NCBI GenBank assembly: GCA_937877605.1 | Contig: CALFJA010000086.1 | Span: 4,384-68,383, forward strand | From: an uncultured Prevotellaceae bacterium | GTDB lineage: Bacteria; Bacteroidota; Bacteroidia; Bacteroidales; Bacteroidaceae | Reading direction: 5' to 3' | Length of the DNA stretch: 64,000 nt | Part shown: positions 1 to 10,269 of the stretch, piece after piece | How positions within the stretch are numbered: the first letter of the stretch is position 1 | Layout of the letters: each line of letters opens with the position of its first letter | Notes under the pieces: generated by a model | Database searches by the model: none | What the model saw: the letters and a program-made list of their open reading frames with translations, nothing else | What the model was told of the DNA's origin: nothing | Translations under genes and position numbers: made by a program

Positions 1-1171
1 CACTGTCGGCAATGTCCATTATCTGTTGCATAGTGACTGGATAGAGTGCCAATGCCGCCCGCATCTCTCCGCTGTCCACGCGGCGTTTCAGTTCGCCAAG
101 TCCGCGCAGCCCACCCACGAAGTCGATGCGCTTGCTGGAGCGCAGGTCACCGATGTTCAGGATTTGGTCGAGGATGAGGCGTGAGGAAATGTCAACATCG
201 AGCACGCCGATAGGGTCTTTGTCGTCGTAGGTGCCGTCTTTTGCCTGCAGGCTGTACCAGTGCTGATCGAGATAGAGTGAAAACTCATGCAGCCGGGCAG
301 GCTTGTATATTTCCGTGCCACGGTCGGTGACGATGAAGTCCTGTTGCAACGCTGCGAGGAATCCTTCCGATGTGAGTCCATTCAGGTCCTTCACCACACG
401 GTTGTAGTCGAGGATGGTGAGTTGGCTGGCTTGGAAACAGACGGCCATGAAGTAGTTGTACTCCTCATCGCCGCGATGGCTGGGATTGGCCTTGGCCTTC
501 TCCGCACCTACCAGGGCTGCGGCAGCCGAACGGTGATGACCGTCGGCGATGTAGAGGGCCGGCATCTTGGCGAACTCGTCGGTGATGGTGCGGATGTCCT
601 TGTCGTCGGCGACAATCCAGAGCTGGTGCTGAAATCCGTCGATAGGCGCAATGAAGTCGTATTCCGGTTGTGTGGCGGCATAGCGCATAATGAGTGCATC
701 GAGCACCGCATTGTCGGGATAGGCAAAAAACACCGGTTCGATGTTGGCATTGTTCACGCGCACATGCTTCATGCGGTCCTCTTCCTTGTCGCGCCGTGTC
801 AGTTCATGCTTTTTGATGGTTCCGTTCAGATAGTCGTCGACATAGGCTCCCACTACCAGACCATACTGCGTGCGGCCGTTCATGGTCTGCGCATAGATGT
901 AGTATTGCTCCTTTTCGTCCTGACGGAGCCAGCCTCGGTCCTGGAACTTCCGAAAGTTCTCGGCAGCCTTCTCATAGACGCGCGGGTCGTATTCGGAAGT
1001 GCCCTCGGGAAAGTCTATCTCCGGTTTGATGATGTGGTACAGGCTCATTTCGTTGTCACCGGCCTCAGTGCGTGCCTCTTCCGAATCAAGCACATCGTAC
1101 GGGCGTGATTCAACTTTTTCTACCAGTTCACGCGGTGGACGCACACCGCGAAAGGGTTTAATCTTTGCCAT
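1..1171 (-). CDS. DUF1015 family protein; C-terminal end runs off the window edge (absent from the supplied ORF track)
   Basis: Own translation of the minus strand from the ATG (complement of 1169-1171): MAKIKPFRGVRPPRELVEKVESRPYDVLDSEEAR...MPALYIADGHHRSAAAALVG...ALYPVTMQQIMDIADS. The frame is open down to base 2. The plus-strand ORF 287-1108 is its shadow. Confidence 0.75.
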   Translation of the reverse strand, partial: MAKIKPFRGVRPPRELVEKVESRPYDVLDSEEARTEAGDNEMSLYHIIKPEIDFPEGTSEYDPRVYEKAAENFRKFQDRGWLRQDEKEQYYIYAQTMNGRTQYGLVVGAYVDDYLNGTIKKHELTRRDKEEDRMKHVRVNNANIEPVFFAYPDNAVLDALIMRYAATQPEYDFIAPIDGFQHQLWIVADDKDIRTITDEFAKMPALYIADGHHRSAAAALVGAEKAKANPSHRGDEEYNYFMAVCFQASQLTILDYNRVVKDLNGLTSEGFLAALQQDFIVTDRGTEIYKPARLHEFSLYLDQHWYSLQAKDGTYDDKDPIGVLDVDISSRLILDQILNIGDLRSSKRIDFVGGLRGLGELKRRVDSGEMRAALALYPVTMQQIMDIADS

Positions 1172-1246
1172 GTTGGTTGTTTGGTTGTTTAGTCGTCTAC
1201 AAAAATACGAATAAAGAATGAAAAATGAACAAATGAAGAATGAAAT

Positions 1247-1330
1247 TCGTTTGGGGCTCAAACGCAATGTAATTGGGCCACAAATGGCACACGAAAGAGC
1301 CCCAAACGCAAGTCGTTTGGGGCTCTTTCG
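1247..1330. repeat. REP-like palindromic intergenic element, copy 1 (CGTTTGGGGCTC / GAGCCCCAAACG units)
   Basis: Three units of the motif. A perfect 15-bp hairpin (1293-1307 pairs with 1313-1327, 5-nt loop) lies just downstream of the serA stop on the minus strand. Confidence 0.8.
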
Positions 1331-1409
1331 GAATTAGAAGGTAAAGTTCTGATTTACAGTTGATTGGAAGCTTTGAACAGCAAGTGGCCAAATCAACTGA
1401 AAATCCAAC

Positions 1410-2330
1410 TTACTTGTTGACCTGGAACTTGGTACAACCGTCGCTGAAGAAGGCATTGATCTGCCGGGCGGCGGCTATTCCTGCATTCGTGTTGGCCTCG
1501 GCGGTCTGGGCACCCATTTTCTTCGGCGTGGCGAAATAGCGGCCTTCGAGCGCTGCGAACTCAGCATCGGCATCGGGTTTGATGTCGGTGATGTATTTCA
1601 AGTCAGTGCGTTCGTTGAGCAACTGGAGGAGTTCCGCTTCGTCGATGACCTCCTTACGGGCAGTGTTCACGAGGATGGCATTCGGCTTCATCTTGCCCAC
1701 CAGTGTACGGTTGATGCTCTTTATGGTCTCGGGTGTTGCGGGGATGTGTAGGGAAACGACATCGCAAGTCTCGAAGAGTTCATCCTGCGAGGCAACGGCA
1801 TGCACCCCACTCTGCTCAATAACCTCGGTCGGACAATAGGCATCGTAGGCATAGACATCCATGCCAAAGCCTTTGGCTATGCGCGCTACGTTGCGGCCGA
1901 CATTTCCAAAAGCCAACAAGCCGAGTCTCTTACCGAGCAGTTCGGTTCCGGCCTTACCATTATAGAAATTGCGGACAGCATAGACCAAAAGCCCGAAAAC
2001 AAGTTCTGCTACGGCATTGGCATTCTGGCCTGGCGTGTTTTCAACTATGACGTTGCGGGCCGAAGCAGCTTGCAGGTCGATATTGTCGTAGCCTGCTCCT
2101 GCGCGGACAACTATTTTCAATTCCTGGGCTGCATTGAGCACCTCTTCGTCAACCTTATCTGAACGGACAATGAGTGCCTCTGCAGTGCCGACAGCTTGAA
2201 GCAGTTGAGCCTTGTCGGTGTATTTTTCAAGCAATGTGAGTTCATGCCCTGCCTCTTCAAGTTCTTTTCTCATACCGTCAATGGCAGCAGATGCAAACGG
2301 TTTTTCAGTTGCTACTAATACTTTTGACAT
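1410..2330 (-). CDS. serA: D-3-phosphoglycerate dehydrogenase (short form, 2-hydroxyacid dehydrogenase family)
   Basis: 306-aa ORF with an NAD-binding segment LGLLAFGNVGRNVA and VVRAGAGYDNID. It sits directly next to serC. Confidence 0.8.
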   Translation of the reverse strand: MSKVLVATEKPFASAAIDGMRKELEEAGHELTLLEKYTDKAQLLQAVGTAEALIVRSDKVDEEVLNAAQELKIVVRAGAGYDNIDLQAASARNVIVENTPGQNANAVAELVFGLLVYAVRNFYNGKAGTELLGKRLGLLAFGNVGRNVARIAKGFGMDVYAYDAYCPTEVIEQSGVHAVASQDELFETCDVVSLHIPATPETIKSINRTLVGKMKPNAILVNTARKEVIDEAELLQLLNERTDLKYITDIKPDADAEFAALEGRYFATPKKMGAQTAEANTNAGIAAARQINAFFSDGCTKFQVNK

Positions 2331-2363
2331 AATTCTGAAAATAAATAAATGAATAATTCTTTA

Positions 2364-3431
2364 TTAATGCTTTGCCTCAAATTCCTGCATACAAGCCACA
2401 AGAGCCTTTACACCTTCGATGGTCTGTGCATTGTAGCAACTGGCCCGGAATCCGCCTACGGAACGGTGTCCCTTAATGCCTACCATGCCACGCTCGGTGG
2501 CAAACTCCATGAAGGGTTTCTCCAGTTCGGCATATTCGTCGTTCATGACGAAGCAGATGTTCATGAGCGATCGGTCCTCGACGGCTACGGTGCCACGGAA
2601 GAGTCGGTTGCGGTCGATCTCGTCGTAGAGCATTCGTCCGCGCTCAACGGCACGACGGTTCATGGCCTCTACTCCACCCTCGCGCTTGATCCAGCGAAGT
2701 GTTTCGAGCGCAGAATAGATGGGAACCACAGGCGGTGTGTTGAACATGCTGCCCTTCTCCACATGTGTGCGATAGTCGAGCATGGTGGGTATCTCGCGTG
2801 GCGCCCGCCCCAGACAGTCGTCCTTCACGATGATGATGGTGACTCCTGCCATGGCAAGGTTCTTCTGCGCACCGCCATAGATGCAGTCGTACTTGCTCAC
2901 ATCAACAGGACGGCTGAAGATGTCGGACGACATGTCGGCGATGAGACGCACGGGCACATCAAGGTCTTTGCGGATCTCCGTTCCGTAAATGGTGTTGTTG
3001 GTGGTGATGTGCAGGTAGTCCACATCGGTCGGGCACTGCCAACCTTTGGGTATATAGGAATAGGTTGCCTCTGCCGAGGATGCCACTTCTACCACTTCAC
3101 CGAAATGCTTGGCTTCCTTCATGGCCTTCTTAGCCCAAACACCCGTGTTCAGGTAGGCAGCCTTCTTTATGAGGAAGTTGCAGGGAACTTGGCAGAACTG
3201 CAGGGAGGCTCCGCCACCAAGGAAAATCACGGAATAACCCTCGGGAACATCGAGCAACTCTTTCACGAGTGCCATGGCCTCGTCCATGACGGGCTGAAAG
3301 TCTTTGGCACGATGGCTGATTTCCATCAGGGAGAGACCAGAACCGTTAAAATCGAGCATCTGCTTTGCGGTGTTTTCAATCACTTCGCGTGGAAGCATTG
3401 AAGGTCCGGCATTGAAATTGTACTTTTTCAT
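2364..3431 (-). CDS. serC: phosphoserine aminotransferase
   Basis: 355-aa ORF. The N-terminus [17 protein letters not shown] and overall length are typical of SerC. Confidence 0.9.
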   Translation of the reverse strand: MKKYNFNAGPSMLPREVIENTAKQMLDFNGSGLSLMEISHRAKDFQPVMDEAMALVKELLDVPEGYSVIFLGGGASLQFCQVPCNFLIKKAAYLNTGVWAKKAMKEAKHFGEVVEVASSAEATYSYIPKGWQCPTDVDYLHITTNNTIYGTEIRKDLDVPVRLIADMSSDIFSRPVDVSKYDCIYGGAQKNLAMAGVTIIIVKDDCLGRAPREIPTMLDYRTHVEKGSMFNTPPVVPIYSALETLRWIKREGGVEAMNRRAVERGRMLYDEIDRNRLFRGTVAVEDRSLMNICFVMNDEYAELEKPFMEFATERGMVGIKGHRSVGGFRASCYNAQTIEGVKALVACMQEFEAKH

Positions 3432-3469
3432 AGCGTTAATAATTTGTGGTTATTGTATATTAATTGTTG

Positions 3470-4810
3470 TCAGTTGATGATTTCGAGCAGGACACGCTGT
3501 CCTTTTATTTTCTGGCCGCTGACTTGCAGGACACGCTTCAGGCAGGGGCGCGAAACGGCAACATAGGCGAAGCGTTCGAAGAGGTCGATGCGTCCTATGT
3601 CTTTCATGGTCATATCGGCATTCTTACAGAGGAAACCGACAATGTCCTTCTTGCTTGTCTTGTCTTTCTTCCCCTTCCCCACATAGATGGTCTGCATCTT
3701 CGGCTGTGACGGCTCCGGCAGGATGGCAGGGACGACATATGCTGCCGTATCGGCATCGGCAAAGGGCGGCAACGGCTCGTTGGCTCCCAGCAGGTGGAAG
3801 GTCTGGCCGGTCTTGTCCCAGCGTGCGGTACGCCCTACCCTATGCAGATAGACTTCGGGAGACTCAGCCGTATGGTAATGTATGATATTGTCTACCTGCT
3901 GGAAATCCAACCCACGGGAGGCTATGTCTGTACACACCAGCACATTGCGACTGCCATTCATGAACTTGTAGAGTGAACGCTCGCGGTCTTTCTGTTCCAT
4001 GCCTCCATGATACATGGCAGGTTCAAAACCCTGCTGGCACAGTTCGTCGAAGATTCGCTCCACACTCTCGCGGTAGTTGACGAAGACAATGCTGGCCGTC
4101 TCGGGCAGACTGAGAAGCAGACTGCACAGCAGGGGGAGTTTGTCGGCTGTCTCGGAACGCAACCAATAAGAGCGCAGCCGGTGGGAGATGTCCTCGCGGG
4201 CATCAATTCTCTTGCAACATTCAAGGCGGAGAAACTTTGCCGCAACATCAGTGTCGGTGGCAGAGAGAAGAATATGGCGACAGCCCGTGGGGAGCAGGCG
4301 CATGAGTTGCTGCATCTCATTCTCAAACCCCATCTGGAGGCACTTGTCAAATTCGTCGAGTACAATGTAGCGGACTGCCGATACATCAAAATTGGATTTC
4401 TGAAGATGGTCGAGCAATTTACCGGGAGTACCGAATATGATGTGTGGATGCTGTTGGCTGATGGTACGGTGCTCCTCCATAGTGGAGCGGCCTCCGTGGG
4501 ATGAAAAACCGCGGAAAGGTGTTTTCATGTGGTTGAGGACATCGAGCGATTGATTGCAAAGTTCACGCGTGGGGAGGATGACTACCGTCTGTAAGCTGTC
4601 TTCGTCAGTCTTCATCGTCGTAAGCACAGACAAAAGGTAGGCAATGGTCTTCCCCGATCCTGTGGGAGAAAGCAATAGCAAATCACCATTTCCACGGGAA
4701 AAGAATGAAAGCACCTGTTCTTGCATGGGGCTCAGGCGGTCGATGTGGAGATTTTGCAGATAATCAGTTATGCCCATAAGAAATTCGTTTCTTTTTAAGG
4801 ATGCAATCAA
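3470..4810 (-). CDS. DEAD/DEAH-box RNA helicase with DbpA-like C-terminal RNA-binding domain
   Basis: Motifs SPTGSGKT, VLDEFD (a DEAD variant), SAT and HRVGRTAR, plus a basic C-terminal GKGKKDK...IVGF segment. The start may instead be the internal Met at 4777. Confidence 0.85.
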   Translation of the reverse strand: MIASLKRNEFLMGITDYLQNLHIDRLSPMQEQVLSFFSRGNGDLLLLSPTGSGKTIAYLLSVLTTMKTDEDSLQTVVILPTRELCNQSLDVLNHMKTPFRGFSSHGGRSTMEEHRTISQQHPHIIFGTPGKLLDHLQKSNFDVSAVRYIVLDEFDKCLQMGFENEMQQLMRLLPTGCRHILLSATDTDVAAKFLRLECCKRIDAREDISHRLRSYWLRSETADKLPLLCSLLLSLPETASIVFVNYRESVERIFDELCQQGFEPAMYHGGMEQKDRERSLYKFMNGSRNVLVCTDIASRGLDFQQVDNIIHYHTAESPEVYLHRVGRTARWDKTGQTFHLLGANEPLPPFADADTAAYVVPAILPEPSQPKMQTIYVGKGKKDKTSKKDIVGFLCKNADMTMKDIGRIDLFERFAYVAVSRPCLKRVLQVSGQKIKGQRVLLEIIN

Positions 4811-6011
4811 TCTGGTCGAACTCGTCGCCCATATTCAAGTTGAGATATATCAAATAGAGCGGCAGCGCCCACTGGTCGGCATCGCCAGGTACCAACCGTC
4901 TATAAGTTTCCAGATATGGGCGGGCTGCGGAATAATTGGCAATGACATTACGCTGGTCGGCCTTGCTCTTCTTCGGCAGTTTGTCCAGACGGACGGCCTT
5001 ATAGTAATGGGACAGCCCTGCGTTGAGATAGGCACGCGACAATGTGTCGGATACTGCGATGATGCTGTCGCAAAGGGCTATGCACTCGTCGTATCTTTCA
5101 GTATAGAGCAGTACAGTAGACTTTGCCACATGGAACAGCATGTCAGCAGGTGCGACGGAAATGCCCTTGTCCGACAGTTCCATGCATTTTCCCCAGTCAC
5201 CGTTTGAAGCGTAATGGTTGAACAGACGGGGAAAGAAATAAGGGGAAGAGGGACTGCCGTCGAAGCCTTCCTGCAAGGTCTGGATATACCGCGAAGTGTC
5301 GTTCTCCAACTTATATGCCTCCGAGAGATACTGCAGCATAGTCAGCCGATTGGCCGTATCCTTCAAGGCTGTGTACGAATGATGCAGCATCTGCTGCGGA
5401 TTCCGGTTCATGTATCCACTATAGACAGACCAGAAGGCTGCCTTTGCGAGTAGCGTGTCGGTCTGCGAATAGTTGAACGCCTTAAACAAATGAGAGTTTG
5501 TACCCTTCAGATAGTCATCGAAATATGTATAGGCAGCATTGTACTTCTTGGTAAACAGTTTATACAGGCCACCGTGATAGAGATTCGGACGGCATTTGTT
5601 TAAATCGTTCGCACGCTTTTGAAGGTGCCTCAATACTTTTTTGTTGGGTCGAACAGCCGACTGGGAAAAGGAATCTACCTTCTGGTAAACAGAGAACAGA
5701 CGCTGAATATTGGCAAAAAAAGCAGCAGTGTCCAGTTGCTGGTGCAAGTAAAGTCGCTCGTTCTGGCTCTCGTAACGCTTGTAGAGACATTCACCCAGTA
5801 GCAGCCAGATATCTGCGCGATGCTGATTGGCAGAATCCTTGAGCAGCGTTTCGGCCATAGTCTGCGCCTTGTCAAGTTCGGTTCCTTTTTTCAGCAAATC
5901 CTGTATTTGCAGCATATCCTTCTTCTGTGCGCTGATGGACACTGCAAATAAAAGAAACAACAGAACCTGAACAAAACGACTCTTCATTATAAATCTATAA
6001 AAAAAGAACAT
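4764..6011 (-). CDS. secreted TPR-like repeat protein, function unknown
   Basis: 415-aa ORF with an N-terminal hydrophobic signal (VQVLLFLLFAVSISAQ) and helical-repeat composition. Confidence 0.5.
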   Translation of the reverse strand: MFFFYRFIMKSRFVQVLLFLLFAVSISAQKKDMLQIQDLLKKGTELDKAQTMAETLLKDSANQHRADIWLLLGECLYKRYESQNERLYLHQQLDTAAFFANIQRLFSVYQKVDSFSQSAVRPNKKVLRHLQKRANDLNKCRPNLYHGGLYKLFTKKYNAAYTYFDDYLKGTNSHLFKAFNYSQTDTLLAKAAFWSVYSGYMNRNPQQMLHHSYTALKDTANRLTMLQYLSEAYKLENDTSRYIQTLQEGFDGSPSSPYFFPRLFNHYASNGDWGKCMELSDKGISVAPADMLFHVAKSTVLLYTERYDECIALCDSIIAVSDTLSRAYLNAGLSHYYKAVRLDKLPKKSKADQRNVIANYSAARPYLETYRRLVPGDADQWALPLYLIYLNLNMGDEFDQIDCILKKKRISYGHN

Positions 6012-6053
6012 GTGTAAGACCCAATCTCAGGCCTTACACATGTCGAAGCGTGA

Positions 6054-7259
6054 TTATTTGGAAATCAGATTCTCAATTTCCCTGGTGCGAGCATCCGACT
6101 CGCCAAACAGATTGTAGTAGCATTGGTATAATGGATATGCCCAATTTGCAAACTGACGGTCGGGATCCAAACTGCGAGCTGACTCCAGATATTCCTTACT
6201 CTCTTTATAGAGACTTCGGCTGTCTACACCTGCTGCAGCCTCGGCGGCCTTCGTATTGATGCAATAGCCAAGATAAGTCAGCACGGCAACATTGTTAAGG
6301 TCGGCCTTCTTGAAACTTTGAATAGCATTCTCAAAGTCCTGCTTTGTCATCTCGTTCTGGCCTTTCAGCCCCCAAGCCAGTTGATTGTCGGGCTGAGCCG
6401 CAAGTTTTTCTGCAATCAATTTGTCCGACTTTGCCGACTCTCCAAGATTCGTATAGAGCTGTACCAATGTTGAGAAAAGTTTGTCATTGGACGAATTGGA
6501 AGCATAAAGAGCTTCAACTTCCTTCAGATAAGACAGGGTATCCTCCTTGCTCTTCAGCAGTTTCTCGTTGATTGCCAATTTTATAGGCAGCGCATCATTG
6601 TAAAGTTTCTCATCTGCCAAGGCGCAGTCAATGTATTTATTAGCTTTTGCATAGTCGCCAACAATATAAGCGACACGCGAAGTAAGCATAGCTACTTGAC
6701 TCAGATATTGATCTTCTTGACCTTTCAGTGACGCGAAAACAGGAGCATCTTTGCTATCAACATAGGCACCCCAATATTTCAGCATATCGGCATTGTTGCT
6801 TGACTCGGCTGCCCAGTTTCCTGCATTCAGCAGCTGAGTGCGAAGACGCTGTAACCGGTTTACATTAAGTTCACGGAATTTGGGCTTCACTTTTCCTTTT
6901 TCGTTAGGTTCATTGTCATACTTGTCACACTCCAAACCTGCCATCAGGCCATTATAAGCAGACTCATAGAAACCAAGCGTGTCGTAAGGCTCTACCTTGC
7001 CCTTGCCCAATTGTTCAGCAGTCTGGTTGGCGGTAATCGTCAGTATTTCCTTCTCAAATTTTTCAGAAGCCAAGTCCACGAGTTTGTTGTAGGCTTTTGC
7101 TTTTTCTTCACCAGTCAATTGCGAAAGACTGGAATGCAGCAATTGTGCTGCTTCAGAATAGGTCTTTGCCTTCAGAACCGCCTTCAGAGCTTCACTCTCT
7201 GCAGCAAAGGCTACCGATGTGCCTAGCATCATCAGTGCAAGAATAAAGATTTTCTTCAT
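6054..7259 (-). CDS. secreted TPR-like repeat protein, function unknown
   Basis: 401-aa ORF with signal peptide MKKIFILALMMLGTSVAFAAE and helical-repeat composition. Confidence 0.5.
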   Translation of the reverse strand: MKKIFILALMMLGTSVAFAAESEALKAVLKAKTYSEAAQLLHSSLSQLTGEEKAKAYNKLVDLASEKFEKEILTITANQTAEQLGKGKVEPYDTLGFYESAYNGLMAGLECDKYDNEPNEKGKVKPKFRELNVNRLQRLRTQLLNAGNWAAESSNNADMLKYWGAYVDSKDAPVFASLKGQEDQYLSQVAMLTSRVAYIVGDYAKANKYIDCALADEKLYNDALPIKLAINEKLLKSKEDTLSYLKEVEALYASNSSNDKLFSTLVQLYTNLGESAKSDKLIAEKLAAQPDNQLAWGLKGQNEMTKQDFENAIQSFKKADLNNVAVLTYLGYCINTKAAEAAAGVDSRSLYKESKEYLESARSLDPDRQFANWAYPLYQCYYNLFGESDARTREIENLISK

Positions 7260-7306
7260 GATTGATAAATAGTTATTGGTTAATGTTTATGGTTATTATT
7301 CTTTGA

Positions 7307-9946
7307 TTATTGGTTATCGTTTTCAGGTTCTTCGTCAACCACATCGAGAATGTCCTCATTATTATTGATGTTTTCCATTGCCGATTGGTTTAATCCGACA
7401 GCAGATGCATTCGTTTCACTGAAGGCCTGGTTTTTCTCTGCCCACTGGGCACGGCTCTCAGCCTCAACGCTTGCCTCCAGTTCCGAACTCATCACCTTGC
7501 ACACGCTTGCAATGATGTCGTTCTTCTTCGTCAGGTTTATCAGGCGCACTCCTTGAGTGGCACGGCCCATGACGCGCACTTCGTCCAAAGGCAGACGGAT
7601 GGCAATACCGCTCTTGTTGATTATCATCAGATCGAAATCATCTGTCACATTCTTGATTGCTACTAAACGGCCGGTCTTTTCCGTCACATTCAGCGTCTTC
7701 ACGCCCTTGGCGCCACGGTTCGTTATACGGTAGTCTTCCACAGAAGAACGCTTGCCAAAGCCGTTTTCGCTCACTACCATCACGCTCTCCTTCGACGGGT
7801 CATTCACCACAACCATACCGACAACGGCATCGTCACCCTCATCGCAACGCATTCCTATCACACCTGTCGTCACACGACCCGTCGGACGGATGGCACGCTC
7901 ATGGAAACGGACGGCACGACCGTTACGGTTTGCAAGGATGAGTTCGTTATCCCCATTCGTAAGGCGGACATCCACAACCTCATCACCCTCAACTATGCTA
8001 ATCGCATTTACACCGTTAGAGCGAGGATTCGAATAAGCCTTTAGTAAAGTTTTCTTCACTGTGCCATTCTTTGTCGCAAATACTACATAGTGGGAATTAA
8101 CGAACTCGTCGTCCGTCAGTCCTTTTCCACGCAAGCGGAGGAACGCATTCACCGAGTCGTCACCATCTATGTTCAGCAGATTCTGGATGGCCCTGCCCTT
8201 CGAGGTCTTATCCCCTTCCGGTATCTCGTAGCACTTCAGCCAATAGCAACGACCCTTTTTCGTAAAGAACAGCATTGTCTGATGCATAGTTGCTGGATAA
8301 ATATATTCGGTAAAGTCCTTGTCACGCGTCTGAGCGCCCTTACTGCCTACACCGCCGCGAGCCTGCTCTCTGAACTCACTCAATGCTGTACGCTTGATAT
8401 AGCCAAGATGACTCACGGTAATAATCACGGGATCGTTCGGGTAGAAGTCCTCCGCATTGAACTCATGCTCATAGGGTTTAATGTCTGTGCGGCGGGCATC
8501 CGCATATCGTTCCTTCACCTCCAGCAATTCGTCCTTCATCACCTTGCGGCATAGTTCATCGTCTGTCAAGATATTGTTAAGGTACGCAATCTCTTTCTGC
8601 AGTTCTTCAAACTCGCCATGCAATTGGTCTATACGCAGGCCTGTAAGTTGTGCCAGGCGCATGTCAACAATCGCTTTCGACTGCAATTCGTCAATGTTAA
8701 AACGCTTTTCGAGGTTGGTCTGTGCTTCGGCTGGAGTCTTCGAAGCCCTGATAATGTGCACAACTTCGTCAATATTGTCACAGGCGATAATCAGGCCCTC
8801 CAGTATATGAGCACGCTCCTCTGCCTTACGAAGTTCAAACTTCGTGCGCCGGATCGTCACATCATGTCGGTGCTCAACAAAATACTTGATGCATTCACGA
8901 AGCGTCAACAAGCGGGGACGACCTTTCACCAAAGCAATACAGTTCACCGAGAAAGAACTTTGCAACGCCGTCATCTTGAACAATTTATTCAAAATAACGC
9001 TCGCATTCGCATCACGCTTCACATCAACGACAATACGCATGCCATCACGGCCCGTCTCATCGTTCACATTACTTATACCGTCCAGCCGGCCTTCCTTCAC
9101 CAAGTCCGCTATGTTCTCTATCAATTGCTGTTTGTTAACACCATACGGTATCTCGGTCACAACGATCTTGTCATGGCTCTCACCATTTTCAATCTCCGCC
9201 TTCGCACGGATTACGATTCGGCCGCGACCTGTTTCATACGCCTCCTTCACACCCTGCAAGCCATAGATTGTAGCACCCGTGGGGAAGTCGGGGGCAGGAA
9301 TATATTCCATCAATTCCTCAACATCAATCTCAGGATTATCTATATAGGCACAGCAGCCGTCAATAACCTCACCCAGATTGTGCGTGGGAATGTTCGTCGC
9401 CATACCCACAGCAATACCGTTACCGCCGTTCACCAGCAGGTTCGGAATCTTCGTAGGCATCACACTCGGCTCAACCAAAGTGTCGTCAAAGTTGTTCACC
9501 ATGTCGACGGTGTCCTTTTCCAAATCGTCCATAATATGCTCACCCATCTTCGACAAACGGCATTCCGTATAACGCATCGCTGCCGCAGAGTCACCGTCCA
9601 CACTTCCAAAGTTACCTTGCCCGTCAACAAGTTTGTAACGCATGTTCCAGTCCTGGCCCATACGAACCAGTGCACCATACACCGAACTGTCACCGTGAGG
9701 ATGATACTTACCCAGCACCTCACCCACGACGCGAGCACACTTCTTGTAAGGGTTCGTACTCGTATTACCAATGCCCAGCATACCATACAAAATACGACGG
9801 TGAACTGGTTTGAAGCCGTCGCGGACATCCGGAAGGGCACGAGCCACAATCACCGACATACTGTAGTCGATGTACGACGATTTCATTTCTTCCTCGATAT
9901 TAATCTTGATAATTCGATCTTGGTCAATTGTTCTGTAATCTTCCAT
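7307..9946 (-). CDS. gyrA: DNA gyrase subunit A
   Basis: 879-aa ORF with [12 protein letters not shown], an AAMRYTE active-site Tyr region and C-terminal beta-pinwheel repeats. Confidence 0.97.
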   Translation of the reverse strand: MEDYRTIDQDRIIKINIEEEMKSSYIDYSMSVIVARALPDVRDGFKPVHRRILYGMLGIGNTSTNPYKKCARVVGEVLGKYHPHGDSSVYGALVRMGQDWNMRYKLVDGQGNFGSVDGDSAAAMRYTECRLSKMGEHIMDDLEKDTVDMVNNFDDTLVEPSVMPTKIPNLLVNGGNGIAVGMATNIPTHNLGEVIDGCCAYIDNPEIDVEELMEYIPAPDFPTGATIYGLQGVKEAYETGRGRIVIRAKAEIENGESHDKIVVTEIPYGVNKQQLIENIADLVKEGRLDGISNVNDETGRDGMRIVVDVKRDANASVILNKLFKMTALQSSFSVNCIALVKGRPRLLTLRECIKYFVEHRHDVTIRRTKFELRKAEERAHILEGLIIACDNIDEVVHIIRASKTPAEAQTNLEKRFNIDELQSKAIVDMRLAQLTGLRIDQLHGEFEELQKEIAYLNNILTDDELCRKVMKDELLEVKERYADARRTDIKPYEHEFNAEDFYPNDPVIITVSHLGYIKRTALSEFREQARGGVGSKGAQTRDKDFTEYIYPATMHQTMLFFTKKGRCYWLKCYEIPEGDKTSKGRAIQNLLNIDGDDSVNAFLRLRGKGLTDDEFVNSHYVVFATKNGTVKKTLLKAYSNPRSNGVNAISIVEGDEVVDVRLTNGDNELILANRNGRAVRFHERAIRPTGRVTTGVIGMRCDEGDDAVVGMVVVNDPSKESVMVVSENGFGKRSSVEDYRITNRGAKGVKTLNVTEKTGRLVAIKNVTDDFDLMIINKSGIAIRLPLDEVRVMGRATQGVRLINLTKKNDIIASVCKVMSSELEASVEAESRAQWAEKNQAFSETNASAVGLNQSAMENINNNEDILDVVDEEPENDNQ

Positions 9947-10055
9947 TTTTAAGTACTAAAATTTGTTCTTATCTAATCTTTTGTTTTTTCAAAAATTGCG
10001 CTAAAATGGTGTTTATTTTTGTTTTAAGCCATTTTTTACTTTTTATAATACGCTC

Positions 10056-10063
10056 CAAAGGTA
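10056..10063 (-). promoter_or_regulatory. candidate Bacteroidota -7 promoter box (TACCTTTG on the minus strand) for gyrA
   Basis: Matches the TAnnTTTG consensus, about 110 nt upstream of the gyrA ATG. Confidence 0.35.
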
Positions 10064-10218
10064 CAAAATAGCAGCGAAAACATACATCATTTAACGCGGA
10101 ATTTCGCATGTTTTTAATAATTTTTAGTTATTTCGCGCAAAACTCCGCATTTATTACAACTAGCATGCCTAACAACATCCACTATCGAAGACAATAAAAT
10201 CAAAGATTTTACACACAA

Positions 10219-10250
10219 AGGGAGCACAAGAAACAAGACCTGTGCTCCCT
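10219..10250 (-). terminator. hairpin downstream of the HU-fusion gene
   Basis: AGGGAGCACA (10219-10228) pairs with TGTGCTCCCT (10241-10250). T-rich runs flank the hairpin on both strands. Confidence 0.5.
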
Positions 10251-10269
10251 CTTCTTTTTTGATGAGTAT

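Noticed and set aside
8618-9952. Very long antisense ORFs opposite well-supported genes. Examples: 8618-9952 vs gyrA, 12009-13481 vs rimO/ftsY, 24919-26595 vs glycogen synthase, 27791-29050 vs PBP1A, 37201-38244 vs glyA, 52996-54126 vs cls, 59418-60863 vs atpA, 2349-3401 vs serC and 287-1108 vs DUF1015.
   Set aside because: Their translations are low-complexity (rich in H, V, R and G) with no recognisable motifs. The opposite strand encodes textbook proteins. These are typical shadow ORFs caused by codon bias.
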